59,369 nucleotides of DNA, from positions 1 to 59,369 of the IMG/VR virus record IMGVR_UViG_3300038608_000027; one strand, given 5' to 3'. A program made the translations under genes and the position numbers. The notes beneath the pieces are model-generated. The model was not told the DNA's origin and searched no databases. It saw only the letters and a list, made by a program, of their open reading frames with translations. Origin of the DNA: a virus (lineage: Duplodnaviria; Caudoviricetes). Shown here one piece after another: positions 45,194 through 55,400 of this stretch (position 1 is its first letter; each line of letters begins with the position of its first letter).

Positions 45194-47167
45194 TTATGTG
45201 CCGTTTTCAATTTCAACGCGTAATTTCGTATCTTTTTTTGATACATATAAGTTTATGATCTGGTTTTTCACCTCCGGTATTTCAACTGTGGACTCTCTGT
45301 TATCGCACCAGATAGGCGGGTAAAAATTGTAATTTTCGCAAAGCACAGAAATAATATCAAGTCCGACCTGAATCCTTCCCGCCGAGTTCATGCTTCCAAA
45401 GGGCACCCCGTTCAGCGTTACATCGCAGCACTCCGAAATTCCAGAATTAATTTGATTCTCAAAAAGGCGAAATTCCGCTAATTTAAATCGACTGTTGATT
45501 TTTTCCTCCAGCATCCGAACCTTGATCCGGATAAATTCCTCTGTGAGACGGAGTTCACCTTCAAGTTTTTCAAACTCGGCAGCCATCACCCTTTCTTGCT
45601 GCTTCAATTCGTCTATTCGTACCTGCCCTTTCTCCTGACGGTCCACGCTGTCCAACATATCTTTCAGTGCGCTGATTTCGTTTTCAAGCAGGCCTATTTC
45701 AGCTTCGACTACTATTACCTGTCCTTCTCTTTCGCCGGTTGCAAGTTCAGAAATCTGTTTTTCTAAAGACTCCTTTTTGTTCGTAATCGCCTGCAACGCC
45801 CTGATATATTCAGGGTCTTCGCTGGTGGGTGGGTTGTTTATTTGCTCCTGCAAAACACCGGCATCTGCTTGTGCGTCCGCAATAAACTTCTTTAGCCCGG
45901 TGGCTTCTCTTTCCAACTTTTCGTTTGAAGACTGTAGCCCCTCGACTGCAAGCCGACGCTTCTTGCCTTCAGCCGATATTTTCTCAAGCTCTTCGGCTTT
46001 CCCCAAGTTAAAAGCCGCTACTGCATTCTCACACGCCTGTGCAAGGTTCTCTTCCGGTAAATCCTGTCCGCAAGCAGGGCAAACAGATTCCGGGCTATAT
46101 TCAATTTGCCGGCTGTTTACGGTGTACCATTCCTCCCGCAGTCTCGTGATACTTGTTTCGTTTTCATCTATCCCTGCTTGGTTCTGTGCTAGAGCGAAAC
46201 TCGTTTGTCTTAGTTCGGACGACCACTTGTCTATATTGACATAAAGAGCCTGTAGATCCGCACGCAAAGCCTGTATTTTGCTTTCCTGCGCCAGGCGATA
46301 TTTGTTTCGGATGTATAACAACCCGGCTTCCGCTTCGCGCAAAGCTTTAGTTTTCTCGGCCACCTGTCCGCCAGCCTGAATACGAACAACCTCCTGGTTC
46401 TTTTCGGTGAGTCTGGTTTTTAATACGGTTATTTTGTTTGCAACCTCGCTGGGGAACACCCCGGAAACGTCTGGCAGGCTTCGAAAAACTTCATCGATAC
46501 GTATCGGAATTTTTTCTAATTCCTGGTTGATTTCCGTTCGCCTGCCCATAATAACCTTACGATGGTCTTCTAGTTTCCGGTTTTTTAGAATAGCGGGAAG
46601 TTTTGCTAATGAAGAGTCGGAAGTGATAACGTCCTCGTCGGAAATATCGCCGCAGATGGAAAAAAGAATTTCACGGCGTTTCTGCCAGTGTAGTTGAGTG
46701 TTGAAAAAAAGCGGATTGGTGAGGAGTTTGAATATGTTCTCATCACATAGTCCGGCAATGCGGGATGCATACTCGGTTTTCTTCACAGGGACACCGTCAA
46801 TAAAGTATTCCGTGGTATGCCCGGTAAATACTTCCTTCGCTGAACCACGCTTTTTTTGCCACATTTCAGCATAGGACTTCTTAATCGTCACAACACTATC
46901 GCCGGCAGGTACAAGATCTGCTTCAACAGAATGTTCCAGGCCGTGCAAAGGTTGCCCGGTTGCGTCCAATGTTTTTATCTCGAAGTCAGCCTTTCCTTGG
47001 CTGTCCTTGTTGAACAGTAGCCAAAGAAACGCATCGTAAAGCGTAGTCTTAAACGTAGCGTTATCTCCATAGATATTACAGTTATTGCCTTGAACATCCA
47101 GAACAAAGGAGCGGCAACCCTTGAAATTTTTGAGAGACAGTTTCAGAAGACGCATATCAAACCACAT
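45194..47167 (-). CDS. SMC/Rad50-like AAA ATPase (recombination module)
   Basis: LKNFKG, GDNATFKTT, coiled coil with CPACGQ hook, MNSAG, IWCDNRES. Confidence 0.88.
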   Translation of the reverse strand: MWFDMRLLKLSLKNFKGCRSFVLDVQGNNCNIYGDNATFKTTLYDAFLWLLFNKDSQGKADFEIKTLDATGQPLHGLEHSVEADLVPAGDSVVTIKKSYAEMWQKKRGSAKEVFTGHTTEYFIDGVPVKKTEYASRIAGLCDENIFKLLTNPLFFNTQLHWQKRREILFSICGDISDEDVITSDSSLAKLPAILKNRKLEDHRKVIMGRRTEINQELEKIPIRIDEVFRSLPDVSGVFPSEVANKITVLKTRLTEKNQEVVRIQAGGQVAEKTKALREAEAGLLYIRNKYRLAQESKIQALRADLQALYVNIDKWSSELRQTSFALAQNQAGIDENETSITRLREEWYTVNSRQIEYSPESVCPACGQDLPEENLAQACENAVAAFNLGKAEELEKISAEGKKRRLAVEGLQSSNEKLEREATGLKKFIADAQADAGVLQEQINNPPTSEDPEYIRALQAITNKKESLEKQISELATGEREGQVIVVEAEIGLLENEISALKDMLDSVDRQEKGQVRIDELKQQERVMAAEFEKLEGELRLTEEFIRIKVRMLEEKINSRFKLAEFRLFENQINSGISECCDVTLNGVPFGSMNSAGRIQVGLDIISVLCENYNFYPPIWCDNRESTVEIPEVKNQIINLYVSKKDTKLRVEIENGT

Positions 47168-47198
47168 CCTTTCTAAAGTTTGTACTTCCTCCTTAAAA

Positions 47199-47735
47199 CT
47201 ACCATTCTACTTTTTTTAACGGTGTTCCCTGATTTAAATATTGGGGAGAAAAATATTCTGGTTCTTTGAAACATCCAATTATTCCCTTCTCTCCACCGTC
47301 ATTGTCCAAAAATGTGAGTGTTTTAAGTGACGAATGAGGAGAACAATAAAAGGTTATCCTGTACCATTCCTTTATCATGGATAGGAAAACACGGTTAACA
47401 AACACAAACTTGTTACTTCCTTTCTTTTCGTCAAAATAGGCAAATACGGCTAATTCAGGAACCTCCTGGTATCCATCATATACCAAATTGGTATACTCAG
47501 TAGGAATTTGTTTTTCACCTCCAATTTCAACAAAATCCTGAAGAATCTTATCTTTCGCTTGTTCAGTGAGGTTTAAATCATAGGGATAGTTTTCTAGTTC
47601 TGGAATCAGATGGTTAGTAAAAACAGATACCCAAATATGAACGTTTCCAATATAGGTACATTCTCCACCATTAAATTTGAAACACTTTTCCTTGTCTTTT
47701 TTAAAGATTTTTAACAGGTGTTTCTGGTTTAACAT
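47199..47735 (-). CDS. Hypothetical protein
   Basis: 178-aa ORF with GGAGG RBS. Confidence 0.65.
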   Translation of the reverse strand: MLNQKHLLKIFKKDKEKCFKFNGGECTYIGNVHIWVSVFTNHLIPELENYPYDLNLTEQAKDKILQDFVEIGGEKQIPTEYTNLVYDGYQEVPELAVFAYFDEKKGSNKFVFVNRVFLSMIKEWYRITFYCSPHSSLKTLTFLDNDGGEKGIIGCFKEPEYFSPQYLNQGTPLKKVEW

Positions 47736-47812
47736 TTTCCCCTCCTTTACTTGTCCGCATGTAAATTGGTTTCTAGTTTTGTAATACGCTTTTGCAACTC
47801 AAAAAAAGCGTA

Positions 47813-48073
47813 TTACAATTTATCGTTTTCTTTCACTGCGCATTCCAGTAAATACACTTTGTCTTCAACTTCTTCTAGAACAATTTCGACATCATCTATC
47901 CTTCTATTTAAACTTTCCATTTTTTGAGTTAAATCCGTCGCAGTTATGTCGTTTTTGGTATTATGCAGTTGTGCGTATGTCCTGTTAAACGCTGTGAAAA
48001 AATCTTCAACTGTTTTTGGGTCAACGCCTTCCTCAAACAATGCTTGAACCTCGTCTTTGGTTAATTTTTTCAA
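47813..48073 (-). CDS. Coiled-coil protein, apparently truncated by a TAA within the duplicated segment
   Basis: Ends KENDKL*; the frame continues YAFFELQKRITKLET as in the paralogue. Confidence 0.55.
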   Translation of the reverse strand: MKKLTKDEVQALFEEGVDPKTVEDFFTAFNRTYAQLHNTKNDITATDLTQKMESLNRRIDDVEIVLEEVEDKVYLLECAVKENDKL

Positions 48074-48093
48074 GTTTTTTCCCCTCCTTTATC

Positions 48094-48477
48094 CTAGGCT
48101 TCGACTTCGAAATTCCATCGACTTGGTTTCCCGTACATGAGTGCTCCATTACGGGATTCTACGTACTGCCTCAGAATTTCCCGGCTTTCTTCCGGAGTAC
48201 TCCCCAGGGCCGGCAGATGATATGCAATATACAGTGTACCGTTTCCCCGATTAGTATACTGCGTACCGGTTCCCAGATTGTTGCCCACTGGATACCTGCT
48301 TGGATACCTACAGTTGATGACGCCCTGGAAATGCTCTTCGCCCGGAACATGATAGAACCGGGTAAAAGAATATTCGTTGGTGCGATAGCAAGCTACACAC
48401 GTTTTCATATTCCTTTCCTTCTTTTCCTCACCATCTTCGTTAAGCCGCCTTTGTAAGTAGTTAAGTACTTGTTTCAT
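48094..48477 (-). CDS. Hypothetical protein
   Basis: GGAGG RBS. Confidence 0.5.
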   Translation of the reverse strand: MKQVLNYLQRRLNEDGEEKKERNMKTCVACYRTNEYSFTRFYHVPGEEHFQGVINCRYPSRYPVGNNLGTGTQYTNRGNGTLYIAYHLPALGSTPEESREILRQYVESRNGALMYGKPSRWNFEVEA

Positions 48478-48495
48478 GTTTGGTTCCTCCTTTTC

Positions 48496-48726
48496 CTATC
48501 GTGTAAATTCTGTTGTTACTCCAACCCAATAAAAATTTTGGTTGCCGCAAACAATATCTAATTCATGAAGAGCTTCTGCTTCGGTTTGGTAAGTCCCTAA
48601 TGTGACCCACTCTTCATCTTCGCTATTGCCGATACCACCTTTTAATTTGAAACATCCATCTTGTGGAGTAATGAAAAGAATATTTGCGTTCATTAACATT
48701 TTTTTGTCCTTGCTCCTGATCCACAT
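48496..48726 (-). CDS. Hypothetical MWIRS-type phage protein, paralogue 1
   Basis: MWIRSKDK...LGTY...ALHELDI. Confidence 0.7.
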   Translation of the reverse strand: MWIRSKDKKMLMNANILFITPQDGCFKLKGGIGNSEDEEWVTLGTYQTEAEALHELDIVCGNQNFYWVGVTTEFTR

Positions 48727-49124
48727 TAATTTGTCCTCCTTATAATTCTTTCTAAAACCTCAATCTCATCGTTTATCTGCTTTACCTGTCTGCTTCCCCA
48801 CTATTTTTTTCCACCAATCCCGTACCTGCTCCCACTGGCCGGTAACGGGATTCCGCTTAGAGTCCAACGGATTCCAGTCGCCCATAACCCCGGTTGGCTG
48901 TTTGTCAATAGTTTTTGACATGGTTTTTTCCTCCCTTATTTTTCATAGCGATTCACTAATCAATGTAACATTTGTTCCCATCGAACGCTACCAAATACAT
49001 ATAGTCCATCTCCACTGTGACTATTCCATTTTTGTAACCAACAAACTTTCCCGGGCCGGCCGGCGTGAGAATGTATCCGGCAGTCGGGTCATAATTTTCT
49101 AACATCGTTTTCACCTCCTATTTT

Positions 49125-49322
49125 TTACTTACGTACATATTCAATTCTATCACCATTAGAAAGCACGACCGTTATACCGTATGGATATGCAACTTTTTCG
49201 TAAAACTTCGGTTTTTCGACTGAAACAGGCAATACGTGGCTTTTTTCACAGTCAATTGCCTCTTGGTATTCCTCATATACGCTGTTGCAAAGCTCGCAAC
49301 GGTATGTTACTAGAGTTTTCAT
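49125..49322 (-). CDS. Small C2H2-like Zn-binding protein
   Basis: YRCELC...CEKSH; GGAGGTG RBS before MKTLVT. Confidence 0.65.
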   Translation of the reverse strand: MKTLVTYRCELCNSVYEEYQEAIDCEKSHVLPVSVEKPKFYEKVAYPYGITVVLSNGDRIEYVRK

Positions 49323-49481
49323 ATTTTCACCTCCTTTACAAATTTTTCTATTCGCACTCATCCGGGCAGCACTCAATTTCCTGCACTTCGCCTGCCTCAG
49401 TACCCATCTGGACAGCCGTTTTACCACCACCTTTACAAACCAATCCGGCGGTCAGCCCTATCGCTAATGCCTGAAACTCCC

Positions 49482-49685
49482 TTAATCATCATTGTTCCTC
49501 CTTTTTGTCCTAATATCTAGCTCATGAAGAGCTTTTGATAAAGTGTCATATTCTCCTAATGTGTCAAATGCTTCATAGCTACTGTTACTGAAACCGCTTT
49601 TAATTCTGTAATGTCCATCTTCCTGGATGACGAAAAGAATATTTGGGTTTACCAACATTCTTTTATCCTGGCATCTAATCCACAT
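49482..49685 (-). CDS. Hypothetical MWIR-type phage protein, paralogue 2
   Basis: MWIRCQDK...LGEY...ALHELDI. Confidence 0.7.
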   Translation of the reverse strand: MWIRCQDKRMLVNPNILFVIQEDGHYRIKSGFSNSSYEAFDTLGEYDTLSKALHELDIRTKRRNNDD

Positions 49686-49950
49686 CGTTTTTCCCCTCCT
49701 TAACATAAAAAAGAAGAACCTGCCTCGCCGCAGTACCTGCGGAGGAGGATGGTTCTTCTTTTGCAACTAAATCAATATCCATATTTAAAGCCGCCAGAAC
49801 CTTTTCTAAAGCACCTTCTTTGCCCATTTTGTTCCGACGCTCTATGTCGCGAAGAGTCGGATATGCTACCCCAGAAAGGATACTTAATTCTTTCCGGGTT
49901 AATCCCCTTTCCTTCCTGGCCTTTTTTATCATCTGGCCAATTTCACGCAT
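49675..49950 (-). CDS. XRE-family HTH regulator (Cro-like), first gene of the early operon
   Basis: IKKARKERGLTRKELSILSGVAYPTLRDIER. Confidence 0.88.
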   Translation of the reverse strand: MREIGQMIKKARKERGLTRKELSILSGVAYPTLRDIERRNKMGKEGALEKVLAALNMDIDLVAKEEPSSSAGTAARQVLLFYVKEGKNDVD

Positions 49951-49971
49951 ATTTTAATCACCTCTAATTTA

Positions 49972-50055
49972 GATATTATACGCAAATTGCATACTTGTAA
50001 AACGCCAAATAAATGCATATAGCGTCTAATATTAATAATATGACGCATTATCATA
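49972..50055 (-). promoter_or_regulatory. Early promoter/operator region
   Basis: TATAAT (49975-49980, minus strand) abutting the quasi-palindrome tatgcaa-t-ttgcgta; more ACGCA/ATGCA half-sites upstream. Confidence 0.5.
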
Positions 50056-50098
50056 CATATACTTATTGTTTCACAGTCACGCATTTTTTCACAAAAAC

Positions 50099-50128
50099 AA
50101 AAAAAGCCGTCCCCCTTCAGGAGACGGC
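50099..50128 (-). terminator. Intrinsic terminator ending the late/lysis transcript
   Basis: gccgtctcct-gaa-gggggacggc followed by T7. Confidence 0.8.
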
Positions 50129-50194
50129 CTGTCCCAGCTGAACTACTGTTTGTTTCAATTCCTCACAGGCAGACTAATCTGTCAACACTTTTTC

Positions 50195-50896
50195 TTAAGC
50201 GATGATTCCCAGCCTTTCCAAAATAACAGCCAAAAGCTCCAGCGTTACCGGCTCTGTTTTTTCATGCAGCTGATTAAATTTTGCTTTTTCCGCCAGCTTC
50301 TCAAACGCAGCTTGCGCAGCAGGTACTTGTTCCTCATCTCGAAGATGCACCCCAAGGAAATCCGCTATACCGCCGGCAATCGCACGTGCGCATTTTTCTT
50401 GAAACGATCTAGACTCAAGCAAGGCTTCTTCCGTCGGGTTCGTGATAAATCCGCACTCTATCAGTGCAGCGGGCATATCCGTCAACCTGAGCACGGCAAA
50501 TCCAGCTTCTTTCGTACCCCTATTCCCAAGGCCGGTTTCCGCTACTAATTTGTCTAAGATACCGTCAGCCAGCCGCTTTCCGCCGCCTGCTTGCCAGAAA
50601 TAAAACGCCTCCAGGCCATGTGCCGCAGGATTATTAGCAGCATTACAATGCACGGAGACAAAAACATCAGCGTTGCGTTTATTCGCCGTGTTGGCCCGCT
50701 CATGCGGTTCTACAGACACATCGCCAGGACGAGTATAAACCATATTGCAGCCGGCTTCGCCCAGTATTTTACCAACGGCCTGGACGATTTTCAAAGTTAC
50801 CACTTTTTCTTGAACGCCGGTACCGCCAACCGCTCCAGGATCAGCTCCACCGTGCTAATGGCCGGGATCAAGAACAATAATCTTGAGTCGCGGCAT
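50195..50896 (-). pseudogene. N-acetylmuramoyl-L-alanine amidase (Amidase_3) endolysin with an in-frame TAG at codon 14 (pseudogene or read-through)
   Basis: MPRLKIIVLDPGH*HGGADPGAVG...EK...FVSVHCNA...LIECGF; TAG at 50855-50857. Confidence 0.85.
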
Positions 50897-50964
50897 ATAA
50901 ACCACCCCCTTTTATTCGATGACAGGGATCAAGACAAACTGCTCGCCTTTCCACCATAAAGACA

Positions 50965-51894
50965 TCACCTCCTTGTGAATACAGCCTTTCTTTGATCCCC
51001 GTCCCATACTACCACATATCCGGCCATCTCTGCAATAAACCTGGCCGGTGCCACCATACGGTTTGTCTGTGGGTCAATCATCACGCTTTGATCCACATTA
51101 ACCATCACACCATCAACTACAGCAATGTCCCTGCCTTCCCACAGCTCTATCTTACTTGCCGGCTGGATCTGTGTCGGCAGGTCAACCGTGCTCCACGCTT
51201 CAAACACGAAAGATATTCCAATATCAGAACGCCATGACAAAAGATCATAAGGCAGCCACGCATACCCATTGCTTTTCCATTCCGATCCCCAGGAATTGCG
51301 TATACGCAAGGCCCGCAATTCATCACTCCACCCTGTCGCAGTAATTGCATGTAAGCCTAAAATACGGCCTTCGGGCTCTGCGATAAATTCACCCTCGTTG
51401 GACACAAAGTTCTCGCAGACTAAAACCCCCATCGCTGCCGCACCTTGCTGATAAATCGCTGCCTTTGTTTCATCCAGCGTTTGTATCTTAGCGTAATTAC
51501 TGACTTTAAACCTGGCAGCTTCTTCGTAAACAGCGTTTCCTGCCGCAGTTTGACTGTCGTAGCTAAAGTATTCACTATTTAGCGCCGCGCCCAGGCTTTG
51601 TAATACCTTCATTAACGCTCTGAAGTGCGTCCCTTCTTGTCCAGGCATACCGTCTATTTTTTTGCATTCATCATAAATAAACCGGGCGTTGAATTTATAC
51701 CGTCGGTAAAACGATGTGTTTTCTTGTACTTCTTTCACCCCTACACCTGACCACCCGACGCAGTCGCCTTTGAGCTGCTTGCCCACGGGGTATTCCGTGC
51801 GCAAGAATTGCCGAGGCAGTGCGGGAATGTCCACTTTCGCTGAATATATCCAATCCCGCGGGTCTGGCGGAGACTGGACAAGGCCAAATTGCAT
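50965..51894 (-). CDS. Papain-like (C1A) cysteine peptidase with a C-terminal copper-amine-oxidase-N domain
   Basis: Q..GDCVGWS, GLHAITATGW, IRNSWG; NRMVAPARFIAEMAGYVVVWD. Confidence 0.88.
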   Translation of the reverse strand: MQFGLVQSPPDPRDWIYSAKVDIPALPRQFLRTEYPVGKQLKGDCVGWSGVGVKEVQENTSFYRRYKFNARFIYDECKKIDGMPGQEGTHFRALMKVLQSLGAALNSEYFSYDSQTAAGNAVYEEAARFKVSNYAKIQTLDETKAAIYQQGAAAMGVLVCENFVSNEGEFIAEPEGRILGLHAITATGWSDELRALRIRNSWGSEWKSNGYAWLPYDLLSWRSDIGISFVFEAWSTVDLPTQIQPASKIELWEGRDIAVVDGVMVNVDQSVMIDPQTNRMVAPARFIAEMAGYVVVWDGDQRKAVFTRR

Positions 51895-51896
51895 GC

Positions 51897-52208
51897 TTAA
51901 ACCTCCTTTCGTCTAAAATATTTTTTCGCCTTTGGATCTGCAATCGTCTCATAAGCTCCAGACGCTGCCAGTGCCACCAGGATACCGTTTAAAACGGCTA
52001 ACCCTATGTGCTCGGTAGTAAGCCTTCCCTGCACGAAACAAACGAAGCCTTGCAGCAACCAAGCCCATGCAAGGGTATATAGCCTAACTGCCCAGTCGTC
52101 AAATCGTGCCTTGACAACTCCCTTTGTGAACTGCACTACCAAAGCAACTACCGCAACCATCCCGACAAAAGTAGCTAAATTATCAATTGTGATAAAGTCT
52201 TGTGGCAT
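51897..52208 (-). CDS. Holin-like membrane protein
   Basis: Three TM segments; LATFVGMVAVVALVVQFTK, ALAASGAYE; basic C-terminus. Confidence 0.75.
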   Translation of the reverse strand: MPQDFITIDNLATFVGMVAVVALVVQFTKGVVKARFDDWAVRLYTLAWAWLLQGFVCFVQGRLTTEHIGLAVLNGILVALAASGAYETIADPKAKKYFRRKEV

Positions 52209-52224
52209 TTCTGCTTCACCTCCC

Positions 52225-52470
52225 TCACCTCAAGATGTTGACAATTAAACCTACACAAAGACTACACAAAAAAGCTATAGCAATAGAAACCGCCCATGTT
52301 GGGCGGCTATTAAGCTGGCTGTCAATTTTCTTTTCAATTTTTTCTAGGCGTTCATCAATTTTTTCCAGGGAAGAATTTTGGCGTTTTTCATGGGATTTCA
52401 TCCATCCGTCCATATTGCTTACCTGTGTTTCGGTCATGGCAATTCTTTCAATTTCCGTCAATAAAACCAA
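52225..52470 (-). CDS. XhlA-like coiled-coil/transmembrane lysis accessory protein
   Basis: Coiled coil, then RPTWAV and a C-terminal TM segment. Confidence 0.6.
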   Translation of the reverse strand: MVLLTEIERIAMTETQVSNMDGWMKSHEKRQNSSLEKIDERLEKIEKKIDSQLNSRPTWAVSIAIAFLCSLCVGLIVNILR

Positions 52471-52476
52471 CTCCTT

Positions 52477-55400
52477 CTATGTTGACTTGGCAAATTTAAG
52501 AATATCTACATATTCTTTTTGTTGTTTTCTAGGAACATTCGTTATTGCTCTTTGAATTGGTGTCATCTTCTTTTTCTTTATCTCGTTCACGATTCGTTCA
52601 GGTGTGATATTTAATTCTCTTAACCTGACTGCTTCTTCTTTTAATTCTTTCAATGCCTGGGTTTTTTCTTCTCCAGGCGAAGCAGTCTTATATTTTTTCA
52701 TAGTTTTAATAAAATCATCAATAACTTGTTTTTCCGTTTCCTGTCTCTTTCTTTCCGTATACCCAATAACACTCTTAACGTCTCTTTCGATAGATTCTCT
52801 AATAGGCATAAAGCCCGTTGCCTTGACAGCTCTTTCTTTTGGTTTTAATCTTATTTTTACTCGTTCCCTATTCCAGGGGTCGGTAATTTCTCCTTCGTTA
52901 AAAGCAGCCAAGGCTATATTACCTGGCATTGGCGCTATTGCCCGTATAGTTTCAATCCAGTTACCTTTTGCCGCCATTTGTGCCGTTCTTACAATTGTGC
53001 TAATTGTTGGCCCGGTTATGTCTCTTAATTCTCCAGGGACAAAATCACCTGCACCAATTCGTCTTGATGCATCTATTCCGGCTTTATGACTAATGCCGTA
53101 CATTATTGTTTTCGCTGCAGTTTGTCTTTCTTTGTCTTCTCCTGCCCATTCCATTAAATGCTTTTTAAGCTCCGATTCCAAGTCAATATTAAACAATGAT
53201 TTAACTGTATTTTTCATTGGCTCAACTAAAGGTATTCCATAGTAACCACTAACCAACAACCAGGGCATCCAAAACCTAACATGTTCCATTCCTTTAAGCG
53301 ACGACATAAATTCCAACTCTTTTACAGGAAACTTCTTGAACTGGAATAAAACCTGTCCAACAGGGCCAGTACGTCTGATAAAAGCAGGCGCATCCGCAAT
53401 TCCATACTCAAACTGCGTTCTTTGGATTGTTTCTTTTGCGTATTCAATAGCCTGTTTTCTAGTCTTGCCTTCCGCTAAGGCTTTATAATAGCTTCCTAGA
53501 CCGGTAGTTCTGCGTAAAAATTTTTCAGCAGTTAGGAATAAAACTAAGGTTTTATTAAACCCCTTTCCTATTTGTGCCGCTTTTGAATATCCTGCACCAC
53601 TTTCTAGCCCTAATTGAATATCCACTCCAATTTGTTTCAAAATACCTCTCTCTGCGAGAGACGGTGAAATAGCTTTCTTTATTCCTATTGCCGTCCACTT
53701 TGCACCTAATAAGGCATTTGTATTGAGCAGCTGAGAGGTATTTATTAAAGCTGGTGATAGGTTATAAAGACCTAGTTTGGCAACTGCAACAGCATTTGTA
53801 GTTGCACTAGCTATCTGTAAAGATGGCCTACTCCCTAGATATTTACCAAAGAATTGATTAACCAAAGGAACTTTAGCTATAGAGCTATTTAATAATTCTT
53901 CAACTGCGGTAGGGTTACCATTTACATCATTTATGTATTCTTTGATGTATTTTGCTATACCTTTATATTCTTTATCAAAAGCTCCAAATTGTTTTTCAAA
54001 TCTGGTTATGTTTCTTGCTTTAAATCCATCCAAAGCCGCGTAACGGGAAATCATATTAAAGTAATGCCTATTCACCCAATCAAGATTATTCTCCCAACCA
54101 GGCGTTCCTTTTCGTTGTAGGAAATTACCTACGAAACGGGAACGACCCTTCATGCGAGCCACATTAGATAACAATTCTTTTGCTTCTTCGTGTGAAAGAC
54201 TGAAGGCTTTTGAAACATTTGATTTTAACTTAAAGTAATTCATATCACCAATAACTGCTGCTTGCACATCACCACCGGGAAATTCAAATTGCTTTGGTAC
54301 AATAGTAATTTTTACGCCTTTTTGCCTAGCTAAAGGATTGCTTCTAAGAACTGCTTCTCTTAATGTTTTTGCACTACCAGCAACTTGGCCATTAACAATA
54401 ATAAACCAGTTGTGAAAATAATGAGGAATATAACCTTCCCTATAATTTACAGGCATTTTCCCACGTAATTCCCTTGTTCTACTAGCGATTGAATGGGCAT
54501 GATCATAAGCTAACCTAGTTAGTTGATACGCTTTAATAACAGCATCATTAGCTTCAAAGTTTTGTTTTAGCTCACTTGGATTAAATTTTTTACCCAGCAT
54601 ATCCCCTGTAAGCAAAATCTCATGTAAAGTTTGTTTGTTTGCTATATAGGCTTTCCCTTCATTAAGGATTTTGTCAATAACATTTAGCCGTTTATCAAAG
54701 ATTGATCTTAATCTTTCTTGTATATTTTGTGACATAATTCCATCATCAACCGTCGGTTTTAATTCAGTATATTTTTTTGCTACCTGAGTAGGTGATTTAA
54801 TTTGTGTTATTAATCCCGGATGTCTAGCTGCTTCCGGTTTAATAATGGTAATTTCTTTACTTGGAATACCTAATTTATCTGCTAATTTAGTAGTAGCAAA
54901 TTTTATGCTTTCGACAACTTTTTCCGGTGGTATACCGGAATAAAGCATAGCAGGGCCTTCTGGTGTATCATCTACTTTTAGAATATCCTCTAGCTTATAA
55001 GCCTTAAGTGTTTTCTCTGATGCGGCCGCTTCCTCGGCAATACGCTTTTCTATGTCATCAGTAAATTTCTTTTTAGGAACAGTTTTTGCTTCTAGTACTT
55101 CTTTTGCACTACCGGAAGGTATTTCTTTTATCTCTCCTAAGCCTTCTAACTCCAAAATCTTTTCCCAATCTTCCGGGGTCTTTGTTTTTTCTGAGGTAAC
55201 TTTTTCTGCTTCTAACAGTTTCCGTTTTTCTTGTGCGGCAAGCATTTTTTCTTGAAATTCTTCTTTTGAAACAGGTTTCTTTGGTATTTCTGTTGGTTGC
55301 GTAATTTCTTTTTTACCGGAAGGTACTTCTTTTACCGATTTTGGTTTAACCTTTACCTCTTGAGATACTTTTTCAGTAGGCGGTTTTTCAATTTTAGTCC

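Noticed and set aside
50066-50959. Plus-strand ORFs opposite the amidase as a CI repressor
   Set aside because: No HTH or S24 peptidase motifs; they are antisense shadows.
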